DNA of 64,000 nucleotides from an uncultured bacterium. Its GTDB lineage: Bacteria; Babelota; Babeliae; Babelales; Vermiphilaceae. The stretch spans positions 1,120,001 through 1,184,000 of the forward strand of contig OY970212.1 in assembly GCA_963713925.1 (NCBI GenBank). Reading direction: 5' to 3'. The translations under genes and the position numbers were made by a program. Of the stretch, positions 27,450-36,385 are shown one piece after another (the first letter of the stretch is position 1; each line of letters begins with the position of its first letter). Below the pieces are notes generated by a model. That model ran no database searches and was not told the origin of the DNA. It saw only the letters and a list, made by a program, of their open reading frames with translations.

Positions 27450-27486
27450 TGTTAACTCCTTATATCGCGCAAAAGCGCATGGTTCG

Positions 27487-27816
27487 TTATTCTAATTTTT
27501 TGAGTTCTTTTTCAACATCTGCAAGAATTGTTTTCATCTGCACTTCTTGCCCTCTTTTGTATGCTTCGAAACTCTCTTGATCTATTGATTCTTTTTCTTT
27601 TGAAGGAGATGGCGCTAAATGCTTCATTCCATCCTCGTATCCACTTATACAGCCGGAGCATTGAAGAATCTTTCCTTCTGCTTTTTCCATTAAAGCCAGC
27701 TTGAGACTATATTCGTCAAAAGCAACTTTTCTCAACGAACTAATACGTATCAACGCGTGTTCGGCCGCATATTGTGTGCCCATTACAAAAGCAGTTAGGT
27801 ATATGAGATTTTTCAT
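27487..27816 (-). CDS. Small secreted helical protein (paralog of 27120-27449)
   Basis: MKNLIYL...QYAA, CSGCISGYEDG, EKELKKLE tail; same upstream RBS block. Confidence 0.7.
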   Translation of the reverse strand: MKNLIYLTAFVMGTQYAAEHALIRISSLRKVAFDEYSLKLALMEKAEGKILQCSGCISGYEDGMKHLAPSPSKEKESIDQESFEAYKRGQEVQMKTILADVEKELKKLE

Positions 27817-27837
27817 TGTTAACTCCTTATGATATGG

Positions 27838-28224
27838 TTACTTTTTTATCAACCAGGGCAATTCCGGTACGTCTCTGACTTTAATTAAATATGCGCGTGA
27901 TGTAGCTTTGGTAGGACCATTTTTCCATTCAAGCAATAATGCACGATTGGCCTTCCGAAAAGCATCTAAATCATGACCTTTTTCATCAAAGATTTTCGTT
28001 TGTTCAGAGGAAATTTCTTGAATAATATTTTGCAGTAGACCTTCGCAAAAAGCTTTAACCCATCCCTCTCTTACCTTAATCGGCAAAAGTTGTGTGCGAT
28101 ACTGCTCAATGAGTGCTTTTAATTCAGCAAGAGAATTGAATTCGAGTGGTTTTGGATCATTCGAATTATCACTAGAAAAACAGGAAACAGTTAAAAATAC
28201 AAGACCGATCAATAGCGATTTCAT
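27838..28224 (-). CDS. Secreted hypothetical protein
   Basis: Signal peptide; RBS AAGGAG. Confidence 0.65.
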   Translation of the reverse strand: MKSLLIGLVFLTVSCFSSDNSNDPKPLEFNSLAELKALIEQYRTQLLPIKVREGWVKAFCEGLLQNIIQEISSEQTKIFDEKGHDLDAFRKANRALLLEWKNGPTKATSRAYLIKVRDVPELPWLIKK

Positions 28225-28308
28225 CAGGCTCTCCTTTTATCGCGCAAAGCGCAAGGTACTACTCCAATTTTTTGAGTTCTTCTTCAATAGATTCTCTCTT
28301 CACGATCT

Positions 28309-28908
28309 CTATTTTTTAGGCGCTTCGATAGTCGGCACCTTATATTTTTTTGAATCCAAAAGCAACCCCCCTCCATCTTGAGTAGCCAATTTCAGCGTAT
28401 CAATGAATTCCTTTTTTAAGGTTGAGAACCTTTTGGGTACCTCAATTTCAATCCCTTCTCTTCCATACCTTTTCGTATTGATTGCGTTTATTAAAGCTAC
28501 TCGAATTTTATTTTTTTGCAGATCAATAGTCTCCATGGTCGGTTCATCGAGCTCTATTTGCAAGACTTTATCAATCGCATCAATTCCTACATATTCAAAC
28601 GAATCTTGTGACAATTCTTTTTTCTTAAAATGAACTGCTTCTCTTGATTCATAAAAAAATTGACGATATTCATTACGATATTCTTCTAATGCTTTCTCGT
28701 ATGCTTTTAATTTTCTTTGACGCTCCATCTCTTCAGCTTCTTTTTTGTATAAATCCATTTTTTCTTTATACGTCATACCCTCTGTTCTCTCTTCTTCTGC
28801 TTTGCGCTGGTCTTCAAGCCTATCGAAATATCTCTGCAATTCGCTGGAATAAGAAAGGCTATAAATCATCGAAATGGAAACGAGCGCGAACAGTTGCATA
28901 TTTTTCAT
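28309..28908 (-). CDS. Secreted coiled-coil hypothetical protein
   Basis: Signal peptide; E/K/R-rich helices. Confidence 0.65.
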   Translation of the reverse strand: MKNMQLFALVSISMIYSLSYSSELQRYFDRLEDQRKAEEERTEGMTYKEKMDLYKKEAEEMERQRKLKAYEKALEEYRNEYRQFFYESREAVHFKKKELSQDSFEYVGIDAIDKVLQIELDEPTMETIDLQKNKIRVALINAINTKRYGREGIEIEVPKRFSTLKKEFIDTLKLATQDGGGLLLDSKKYKVPTIEAPKK

Positions 28909-28930
28909 GTATTCATCCGGTGCTGAAGAT

Positions 28931-30385
28931 TTAAAGATGTTTCTTTAACAATTCCTGAATTACTTGCGGGTTGCCTTTGCCTTTTGTCTTTTGCATTGCA
29001 AGGCCAACAAAGAAGCCAAACAATTTATCTTTACCCGATCTATAGTCAGCAACCTGCGCTTGATTTGATGCAACAATCTCTTTAATAATTGCTTCAAGCT
29101 CATCGGTGGATCCAACCTGCTCAAGGCCCAACTCTTTGACCAAGGCATCCGGCTCTTTGCCAGTGGCAGCGATAGCAGCAAAAATTTCTTGAGCCGCACG
29201 ATTGTTGATCACACCTGTTTCAAGGAGTTTCACCAAACGGGCTAATCGCTCAGGAGTCACTTTGCATGCAACCGGTGGAATTTTTGTTTCTTTGATATAA
29301 GCCATCAATTCACGCAAAATCCAATTGGCAACCTGCTTGCTTGGATTGATTTTGTGCGCTTGATCGAAATAGTAAGAAAGTTCCGGTTCATCAACCAAGA
29401 TATCAGCTTCTGCGGCAGTGAGTCCGGCATTTATAAAGCGATTTCTTTTTGCTTGTGGAAGCTCAGGCAACGATTGTTTCGCATCTGATAACATGTCAGA
29501 AGTGATTTCAACAAGCGGAAGATCCGGATCGTAGAAATAACGATAGTCGGCAGCTTCTTCTTTGCTTCTCATGACAAATGTTTTTTTAGCTTTTGTATCC
29601 CACAGCCGTGTTTCTTGGGTAATTTTTCCGCCCGCTTCAATTGTTTCAATTTGGCGTTCGATTTCATACTCGGTTGCATCGGAAATATATTTTATTGAGT
29701 TAATATTTTTCAACTCAACCCTGGTTCCCAATTTTGTCGCACCCTTCTTTTTGACTGAAATATTTGTGTCGGCACGGAATGCCCCCTCTTCCATATTTCC
29801 TGAACAAATGCCCAAATGGCGCACCAGCGTGTGTAGCTCTTTCAAGTAAGCACGCACTTGCGCCGCATCTTGCAAATCAGGTTCGGTAACGATTTCAAGA
29901 AGAGGTGTGCCGGTACGATTGAAATCAACAAAGCTTTCATTGCTGGAATCAAGGTGAAGATTTTTTCCCGCATCTTCTTCCATATGGATCCGCATGATGC
30001 GAATGTTTTTGGTGCTCCCATCTTCGAGTGTGATGGTGACATGCCCATTCGCGCAGATGGGCAAATCGCTTTGGCTGATTTGATAATTTTTTGGCAAATC
30101 AGGATAAAAATAATGTTTTCGAGCAAAGCAGGAGACCGGGGTGATTGAACAGTTTGTTGCCAGACCAAGCTTAATGGCATTATTGACAACTTCCTTGTTC
30201 AAAACCGGTAATGACCCGGGATATCCGGTGCAGATGATACAAATATTGGTGTTAGGCTCTTTGCTGACCTGATTCGCGCACGTGCAAAAAATTTTGCTTT
30301 TGGTATTCAATTGCACGTGAACTTCGATACCAATGGTAGCTTCATACGCAGGATAGTGATCAAGAATTGATTGCGGCTTGGACAT
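28931..30385 (-). CDS. gatB: Asp/Glu-tRNA amidotransferase subunit B
   Basis: IGIEVHVQL, RKHYFYPDLPKNYQISQ, HMEEDAGK, MRSKEEAADYRYF. Confidence 0.98.
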   Translation of the reverse strand: MSKPQSILDHYPAYEATIGIEVHVQLNTKSKIFCTCANQVSKEPNTNICIICTGYPGSLPVLNKEVVNNAIKLGLATNCSITPVSCFARKHYFYPDLPKNYQISQSDLPICANGHVTITLEDGSTKNIRIMRIHMEEDAGKNLHLDSSNESFVDFNRTGTPLLEIVTEPDLQDAAQVRAYLKELHTLVRHLGICSGNMEEGAFRADTNISVKKKGATKLGTRVELKNINSIKYISDATEYEIERQIETIEAGGKITQETRLWDTKAKKTFVMRSKEEAADYRYFYDPDLPLVEITSDMLSDAKQSLPELPQAKRNRFINAGLTAAEADILVDEPELSYYFDQAHKINPSKQVANWILRELMAYIKETKIPPVACKVTPERLARLVKLLETGVINNRAAQEIFAAIAATGKEPDALVKELGLEQVGSTDELEAIIKEIVASNQAQVADYRSGKDKLFGFFVGLAMQKTKGKGNPQVIQELLKKHL

Positions 30386-30403
30386 TGTAGAATTCCTTAG
30401 ACG

Positions 30404-32941
30404 TTATTTTTTTGCGCAGCATTTTTTACTTTTTTTGCCCGAACCACATGGACAGGCTTCGTTTCGGCCAACTTTTTCGCCACTTCGCACTTGTTGTTGT
30501 TGAGCCGGCTCTTCAGGCCCGCTGACTTGCATTTGTTCAAGCTCACGTTCACGACGATGCTCAAATTCATGCTGATCAAAATGCTCAAGATTCAGATGGA
30601 AAACATGATGGACAACCGTGCGTCTGATGCTTACAAGCATTTCTTCAAACATGGCAAACGCTTCTTTTTTGTATTCAATCAGTGGATTCTTTTGACCCAT
30701 TGAGCGCAGGTTAATGCCCTCTTTCAAGTGATCAAGGTTGAGCATGTGTTGTTTCCAGGCCAGATCCATGGTCTCAAGCAGGAGCCAGCGTTCTGCACCC
30801 TGAACCATTTCTTGATTTTTTTCAGTGCGATAGAGCTCATATTTTTCAAGCAAGAAATTAATGACATCTGAGATGAATTGATCAACACTCTTTTCATTAA
30901 ATCCTTGATCAATAAACATTTGCGGCTTCAAACCGGTCATTAATGATAATTCTTGGTGTATCGCTTGGACCTGCTCAGAAGTCATGGCGCGTCCGGCAGT
31001 GAATGCCCCGACAAGATCTTCAACGGCTCGTTCGATCATATCGCGCACGAGCGTGTAAATCTCTTCATTTCCTTCTAAAATAGAGCGACGGTAGCTGTAA
31101 ATAACTTTACGTTGTTGATTGAGCACGTCATCATATTCAAGCAAATGCTTACGTGTTTCAAAGTTTTGCTTTTCAACCTTTTCTTGCGCACGCTCGATCT
31201 GCTTTGAGACAAAATTTGATTCGATTACTTCATCTTCTTTCATCCCCGCCCATTCCATACGCTTTTTAAACGTATCGCCTGAGAAACGACGAATGAGATC
31301 ATCTTCCAAAGAAATATAAAAGCGAGATTCGCCGGCATCTCCCTGACGCCCGGATCGCCCGCGCAACTGGTTATCAATACGACGCGCTTCATGGCGCTCG
31401 GTGCCGAGAATATACAACCCGCCCAGCTTTCTTGATTCATCGGTAAGCTTAATATCAGTTCCGCGGCCGGCCATATTGGTTGCAATGGTAATACGGCCCG
31501 GTTCGCCCGCATGTGCTACGATTTCTGCTTCACGTTGGTGTTGCTTTGCGTTTAACACATCATGTGGAATACCGTGTTGGGCAAGTATGTGGCTCAAAAA
31601 TTCAGATGTTTCAATAGCGACCGTACCAATAAGCACTGGCTGACCTGTTTTGTGCCGTTCTTTGATATCTTCAACAATGGCCTTATATTTTGCATTCTTA
31701 TTCAAAAAGATAAGGTCAGATTTATCAGTACGAATCATCGGCTGATTCGTTGGAATCGAGACGACATCCAACTTATAAATCTTGTAAAATTCTTCCGCTT
31801 CGGTGGCCGCAGTACCGGTCATACCCGCAAGCTTCTTGTAAAGCCTGAAATAGTTTTGAAGCGTGATCGATGCAAGCGTTTGAGATTCTCGTTCGATTTC
31901 AACCTTTTCTTTTGCCTCAATTGCTTGGTGCAATCCATCTGAATAGCGTCGACCTGCCAGGATACGGCCAGTAAACTCATCTACGATGAGTACTTCCCCG
32001 TCTCTGACAACATATTCAACATCTTTTTTAAATAGGGTGTGAGCACGTAATGCTTGTTGAACATGGTGCAAAATTGTTAAATTTTCGATTGCATATAAGT
32101 TGTCGAGCCTAAAGAACTCTTCAATCTTATCGTTGCCTGATTCGGTGAGCTGCACATTGCGTAATTTTTCATCAATTTCATAATCGGTATTTTTCGATAA
32201 CCGGGCAACAGCTCTATCGGCATCAACATACAATTTGCTTGATTCATCAGCTGCACCGGAAATGATAAGTGGCGTTCGAGCCTCGTCGATCAAAATAGAG
32301 TCAACTTCATCAACGATTGCATAGTTAAGGTCGCGCTGCACATAATCTTCAAGTCTGAATTTCATATTGTCGCGCAAGTAGTCAAATCCAAACTCGCTGT
32401 TGGTTCCGTAGACAATATCCGCCTCATAGACCTTCTTGCGCTCAGAATCGCCCATGTTATTTTGCAGTGCAGCAACTTCAAGCCCCAAAAAGCGGTAAAT
32501 CGGAGCGTTCCACTCTGCGTCACGTCGAGCCAAATAGTCGTTGACGGTGATCAAATGCGCGCCTTTGCCGGTTAATGCATTCAGATAGAGCGGCAAAGTA
32601 GCAGTGAGCGTCTTTCCTTCCCCGGTTTTCATTTCAGCGATTTTACCTTGGTGCAAGACGATACCACCGATTAACTGAACATCATAATGGCGTTGACCCA
32701 ATACTCGCTTTGAAGTCTCTCGAACAACGGCAAATGCTTCGGGCAAAATGGAATCGAGCTTTTCTCCACGCGTGAGGCGCTCGCGAAACTCATTTGTTTT
32801 TTGTCCCAAATCAAGATCTGATAAGCTACTAATGGAAGCCTCAAGGCTATTTATTCGATCGACAATGGGTTGCAGGCGTCTCAATTGGCGCGCGTTATTC
32901 GTGCCAAGAATCATCGCCATTATTCGTGCAATCATGTGCAT
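30404..32941 (-). CDS. secA: Preprotein translocase ATPase SecA
   Basis: EMKTGEGKT, DEVDSILIDEARTPLIISG, TNMAGRGTD, SEC-C CPCGSGKK. Confidence 0.99.
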   Translation of the reverse strand: MHMIARIMAMILGTNNARQLRRLQPIVDRINSLEASISSLSDLDLGQKTNEFRERLTRGEKLDSILPEAFAVVRETSKRVLGQRHYDVQLIGGIVLHQGKIAEMKTGEGKTLTATLPLYLNALTGKGAHLITVNDYLARRDAEWNAPIYRFLGLEVAALQNNMGDSERKKVYEADIVYGTNSEFGFDYLRDNMKFRLEDYVQRDLNYAIVDEVDSILIDEARTPLIISGAADESSKLYVDADRAVARLSKNTDYEIDEKLRNVQLTESGNDKIEEFFRLDNLYAIENLTILHHVQQALRAHTLFKKDVEYVVRDGEVLIVDEFTGRILAGRRYSDGLHQAIEAKEKVEIERESQTLASITLQNYFRLYKKLAGMTGTAATEAEEFYKIYKLDVVSIPTNQPMIRTDKSDLIFLNKNAKYKAIVEDIKERHKTGQPVLIGTVAIETSEFLSHILAQHGIPHDVLNAKQHQREAEIVAHAGEPGRITIATNMAGRGTDIKLTDESRKLGGLYILGTERHEARRIDNQLRGRSGRQGDAGESRFYISLEDDLIRRFSGDTFKKRMEWAGMKEDEVIESNFVSKQIERAQEKVEKQNFETRKHLLEYDDVLNQQRKVIYSYRRSILEGNEEIYTLVRDMIERAVEDLVGAFTAGRAMTSEQVQAIHQELSLMTGLKPQMFIDQGFNEKSVDQFISDVINFLLEKYELYRTEKNQEMVQGAERWLLLETMDLAWKQHMLNLDHLKEGINLRSMGQKNPLIEYKKEAFAMFEEMLVSIRRTVVHHVFHLNLEHFDQHEFEHRRERELEQMQVSGPEEPAQQQQVRSGEKVGRNEACPCGSGKKSKKCCAKK

Positions 32942-33105
32942 CCTTGTATAAAATTTTTAGATCAGGCTCTTAACCCCACATTTACATGCGGGGAACCCGA
33001 ATAAAACCTACTCTGCGCTCGGTTTTTAAGAAATTGTTGTCTGCTATAGAACAGAATCTGAATGTATCACAAAGATGCAAAATCGACAAATGGCAACCCC
33101 ATCTT

Positions 33106-33546
33106 TTACATAGTTGTACAAGAACCTCGCTGTTCGATGTGCTCTTCTATAATGGCATTCGGTAGCTCTATGTTTCGTGCAAGCTGTATTTTATTAAAAT
33201 TCATACGCTCAGAAAGCCATTCTTCTGGATTATCTTTTTCTAAATCAAATTTTGAGCATGTGTCTGGAAAAAGATCAATGAGCTGTTTTATTGCAGAACC
33301 GTTTAGGCTGTGTTGAAACAGCATTTTTCTATTTGCATCTTGATTAGATGTTGTTTGGGCTCCTAAAAGATTCTTGCTTGCTTCAAGTGTTGTTTTGCTT
33401 TGTTTCAATAGTTTCAACCATTCTATTAATGACTGTTCCATTTTAGTTAATTGGATTTCTTCATTGCTTGTATTTGGAGAGCTGGTATCCGCACCAGTTA
33501 TTCTCCATGATAGAAAAATGGCGATAAGCATAATAATCCGTTTCAT
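33106..33546 (-). CDS. Secreted hypothetical protein
   Basis: Signal-like N-terminus MKRIIMLIAIF; RBS GAAGG. Confidence 0.6.
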   Translation of the reverse strand: MKRIIMLIAIFLSWRITGADTSSPNTSNEEIQLTKMEQSLIEWLKLLKQSKTTLEASKNLLGAQTTSNQDANRKMLFQHSLNGSAIKQLIDLFPDTCSKFDLEKDNPEEWLSERMNFNKIQLARNIELPNAIIEEHIEQRGSCTTM

Positions 33547-33706
33547 ATGGTTTCCTTCTATTATGAAAACGTGACTTGAGCCCAGTATAAAACGGGAAAA
33601 AATCATTCGTCAATCTATTGAATTGACAGCATAATTGCTTTTTTTTCAGGCCTTTTTATACTAAATTTAATTGATACTTTTTTATACCTTTGCAAGGAGT
33701 TATTGC

Positions 33707-34273
33707 GTGATCTCGACATCAGATTTCCGTAAAGGGGCAAAGATCCTCTTTCGCGACCAACCTTATATGGTTCTTGAATACCATCATGTAAAGCCGGGCA
33801 AAGGCGGCGCATTTGTGAGAACCAAGATGAAAAACATGATCACGGGCCTTATGCACGAAGAGTTGTTCCGTTCAGGGGAAAAATTCCCAGCTCCTGACCT
33901 TGAATACAAAAACATGACCTATCTCTATAAAGATGGTGAAAGCTACAACTTTATGGATCAAGACTCATTTGAACAAGTCGAATTGACCAAAGAGCAAATC
34001 GAAGAAGTAATCGATTTCCTAAAAGAACAAGAAAAATATACCATTCTCTACTTTGAAGGCGCGCCTATTGGTGTAACCCCTCCTTTATTCTTAGAACTTG
34101 AAGTCAAAGAAACACCTCCGGGGGTGCGCGGCGATACAGCTCAAGGCGGAGCAACAAAGCCGGCAACATTAGAATCAGGGCTTGTGCTTCAAGTGCCGCT
34201 CTTTATTAATGAAGGGGATATCGTTAAAGTTGATACCCGTGACTCAAAATATGTTGAGCGTATCAAGAAATAA
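33707..34273 (+). CDS. efp: Elongation factor P
   Basis: HVKPGKGGAFVR, PGVRGDT, VPLFINEGD; GTG start after AAGGAG. Confidence 0.98.
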   Translation: MISTSDFRKGAKILFRDQPYMVLEYHHVKPGKGGAFVRTKMKNMITGLMHEELFRSGEKFPAPDLEYKNMTYLYKDGESYNFMDQDSFEQVELTKEQIEEVIDFLKEQEKYTILYFEGAPIGVTPPLFLELEVKETPPGVRGDTAQGGATKPATLESGLVLQVPLFINEGDIVKVDTRDSKYVERIKK

Positions 34274-34305
34274 GCCTACTTCGCCAAAGGCTTCGTAGGG
34301 CAGGC
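34274..34305 (+). repeat. Family A short repeat
   Basis: GCCTACTTCGCCAAAGGCTTCGTAGGGCAGGC; interrupted near-copy at 4534-4593. Confidence 0.65.
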
Positions 34306-34368
34306 ACCTACTTTTACCCAAATGAGGTGGTCTACTTCTTACAACAACGAAATACGAGTTTATCAGTT

Positions 34369-34429
34369 GTCATGCTGAACTTGTTTCAGCATCTGGGTTA
34401 AGTGGATCCTGAAATAAATTCAGGATGAC
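34369..34429 (-). repeat. Family D (RPE-like) double-hairpin repeat, uninterrupted
   Basis: GTCATGCTGAACTTGTTTCAGCATC...GATCCTGAAATAAATTCAGGATGAC. Confidence 0.8.
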
Positions 34430-34530
34430 AAAGCTGTAAGGAACTTTCAGGAATTTTCGAATAAGCTCAAACATTTTTTTACAAACTCCTAAAAATGGAG
34501 TGAAACGGAATTTTTTAGGGGTATATACAC

Positions 34531-35025
34531 GTGATCGATCCAAAAAATGGGCCGAAAGAACCGGCCAATAATAATGAAACTATCGAATTTGATCTGAGTA
34601 AAGTTGATTACAATGATCTGAGCGATCGAGTAGTTCGCTCGCTTATTTTTCATTTATTGTACGCAATGGAAAGTTTTGAATATCAAGCTTCACTTGAATC
34701 AGTCGTTGAGAATTTCAACCGTGGCTATGAGCTCTCAATTCCACTAAACAGTGAACTCGTGCGTGTGACGCGCGCCATTGTAGATGAACGAGCTGCACTT
34801 GATGAAAAAATCAAACCATTACTCCACAACTGGCGGTTTGATCGCATCGGTGTGGTGACAAAACTAATCTTACGTTTTGCGCTCTGGGAATTAGACACCC
34901 TTGAGACGCCGCCAAACATTGCCATGAACGAAGCTATCGAATTGGCAAAATGTTTTGCAGAAAAAGATGCGTATAAGTTTGTAAATGGCTTACTTGATGA
35001 GCATGTTAAAAAGAAAAATGGATGA
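34531..35025 (+). CDS. nusB: Transcription antitermination factor NusB
   Basis: NWRFDRI, ILRFALWE, NEAIELAK, FVNGLLD. Confidence 0.93.
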   Translation: MIDPKNGPKEPANNNETIEFDLSKVDYNDLSDRVVRSLIFHLLYAMESFEYQASLESVVENFNRGYELSIPLNSELVRVTRAIVDERAALDEKIKPLLHNWRFDRIGVVTKLILRFALWELDTLETPPNIAMNEAIELAKCFAEKDAYKFVNGLLDEHVKKKNG

Positions 35026-35050
35026 CGTAATGTCATCCATTTTTCTTTTT
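35008..35050 (+). terminator. Likely bidirectional intrinsic terminator
   Basis: AAAGAAAAATGGATGAC-GTAAT-GTCATCCATTTTTCTTT between convergent genes. Confidence 0.7.
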
Positions 35051-35086
35051 AATTAGACCTCGCGCCGTTGAACTTTCGTTTTTGCA

Positions 35087-35130
35087 GTTCGTATGGATTC
35101 GACTGCGTTGCACTCCGCTCACCACGAACG
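35087..35130 (+). repeat. Family C repeat
   Basis: GTTCGTATGGATTCGACTGCGTTGCACTCCGCTCACCACGAACG. Confidence 0.75.
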
Positions 35131-35173
35131 ATTAGAGATTTTTTTACTGACGTTTTCAAAAACTCAACAAAAC

Positions 35174-35380
35174 TTAGTGACTTTTTTTGAAAACAAGAAG
35201 CAATTCGCGAAGCTCCGAACGATAGGATTTTTTCGCAATCACTCTTGGAACTACACAAACCAATTCAAATCCTCTCTGAGCTGCATCGTGCACTGTTTGG
35301 ATAAATTCATCTTGATCAATATAAAGTTCCATCCATGATTTTTTCAACGGAAACGTAATATATTCATATTCGATCTTCAT
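35174..35380 (-). CDS. DUF4177-like small protein
   Basis: EYEY...AQRGFELVCV...LVFKK pattern. Confidence 0.7.
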   Translation of the reverse strand: MKIEYEYITFPLKKSWMELYIDQDEFIQTVHDAAQRGFELVCVVPRVIAKKSYRSELRELLLVFKKSH

Positions 35381-35399
35381 AATTTCCCCTCAATTACGC

Positions 35400-35981
35400 T
35401 TACTTCGCGCGAATATCTTCCAACAATTTGCCAAGCTTATTTTCGCCATGCTCATCAAGACCGGTGCCCCAATGAGCATCGCCGATGTGAACAAAAATCG
35501 GTTGCGAACCAGTGTTCTTTAGTGCGTTGAGCGATTCAGGATTTTGCTTAAAAAATTCCTGTAATGCCTTCATCATAAGAATATCTCGTTGTTCTTTCCA
35601 ATCTTTACGAACATACTGTTGCGACGAAAGTTGATTCATCAACTGCAACGCAAATTCGGGGGTATCTGCTTTTTCAATATCGCTAACGATCGTTACTTTT
35701 ATGACACATTGTTTATTATCGGCATATGGCTCAGCTGCCAATCTATGCCAAAAGGTTTTCCATGTGCGGCCGTCATAAGTGAACGGCTTATTTAAAAACA
35801 AATAGGTTTCATCGCCAGCCTTAATGCGTGCCGGCGCTCTCATGCCCAATGGTTTTTGTGCTGCCTCATTGCGAGCAACGGTAAAGCCAAAAAAGGCCAA
35901 TGCCGATAGCATTGTAGCGGTGAATATAAGCATTCCTGATTTTAAAAATTCATTGAAAGTCATAGATTTTTCCCCTTCCAT
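35400..35981 (-). CDS. NADAR (YbiA-like) domain protein with N-terminal hydrophobic segment
   Basis: RKDWKEQR...MMKAL...FKQNP...LKNTG...DAHWGTG...GENKLGKLLEDIR. Confidence 0.75.
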   Translation of the reverse strand: MEGEKSMTFNEFLKSGMLIFTATMLSALAFFGFTVARNEAAQKPLGMRAPARIKAGDETYLFLNKPFTYDGRTWKTFWHRLAAEPYADNKQCVIKVTIVSDIEKADTPEFALQLMNQLSSQQYVRKDWKEQRDILMMKALQEFFKQNPESLNALKNTGSQPIFVHIGDAHWGTGLDEHGENKLGKLLEDIRAK

Positions 35982-35991
35982 TTATTCGCTT

Positions 35992-36098
35992 CCCAATTCA
36001 CCCACGCTTACGCATGGGACCCGTAATTTCACCCACGCTTACGCATGGGACCCGTAATTTCACCCACGCTTACGCATGGGACCCGTAATTGGGGACCC
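35992..36098 (+). repeat. Three exact 31-bp tandem family B units inside an outer family B element
   Basis: CACCCACGCTTACGCATGGGACCCGTAATT(T) at 35999, 36030 and 36061. Confidence 0.9.
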
Positions 36099-36385
36099 TG
36101 TAATCTATATAATAAAACAATTTATCATTTACTAATAGGATATATTATTTAGGGTGAAAATAGCAATATTTCGATAAAAATGCATGGTTTATTACCTTAC
36201 TGACTAATGGCATATACTATTCCCCCTTTTTGAGTTTATATACAACTGTGATAAAAAAATGGTAAGCTGTTTTGAAAGGTGTAAAAAAATGAAGCGTCCA
36301 CCGGATTGAAAGCCGGTGAATGCGGAATTCCTCGAAGCTTTAGCGAAGTAGAATGAGTGGGTTCAATACTTTTTTAAGGGCAACT

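Noticed and set aside
27085..28288. Integron attC sites between small genes
   Set aside because: The repeats lack proper RYYYAAC/GTTRRRY boxes and the long imperfect palindrome; no integrase in the window.
35999..36090. Possible CRISPR array
   Set aside because: Units are directly tandem and identical with no unique spacers; no cas genes in the window.
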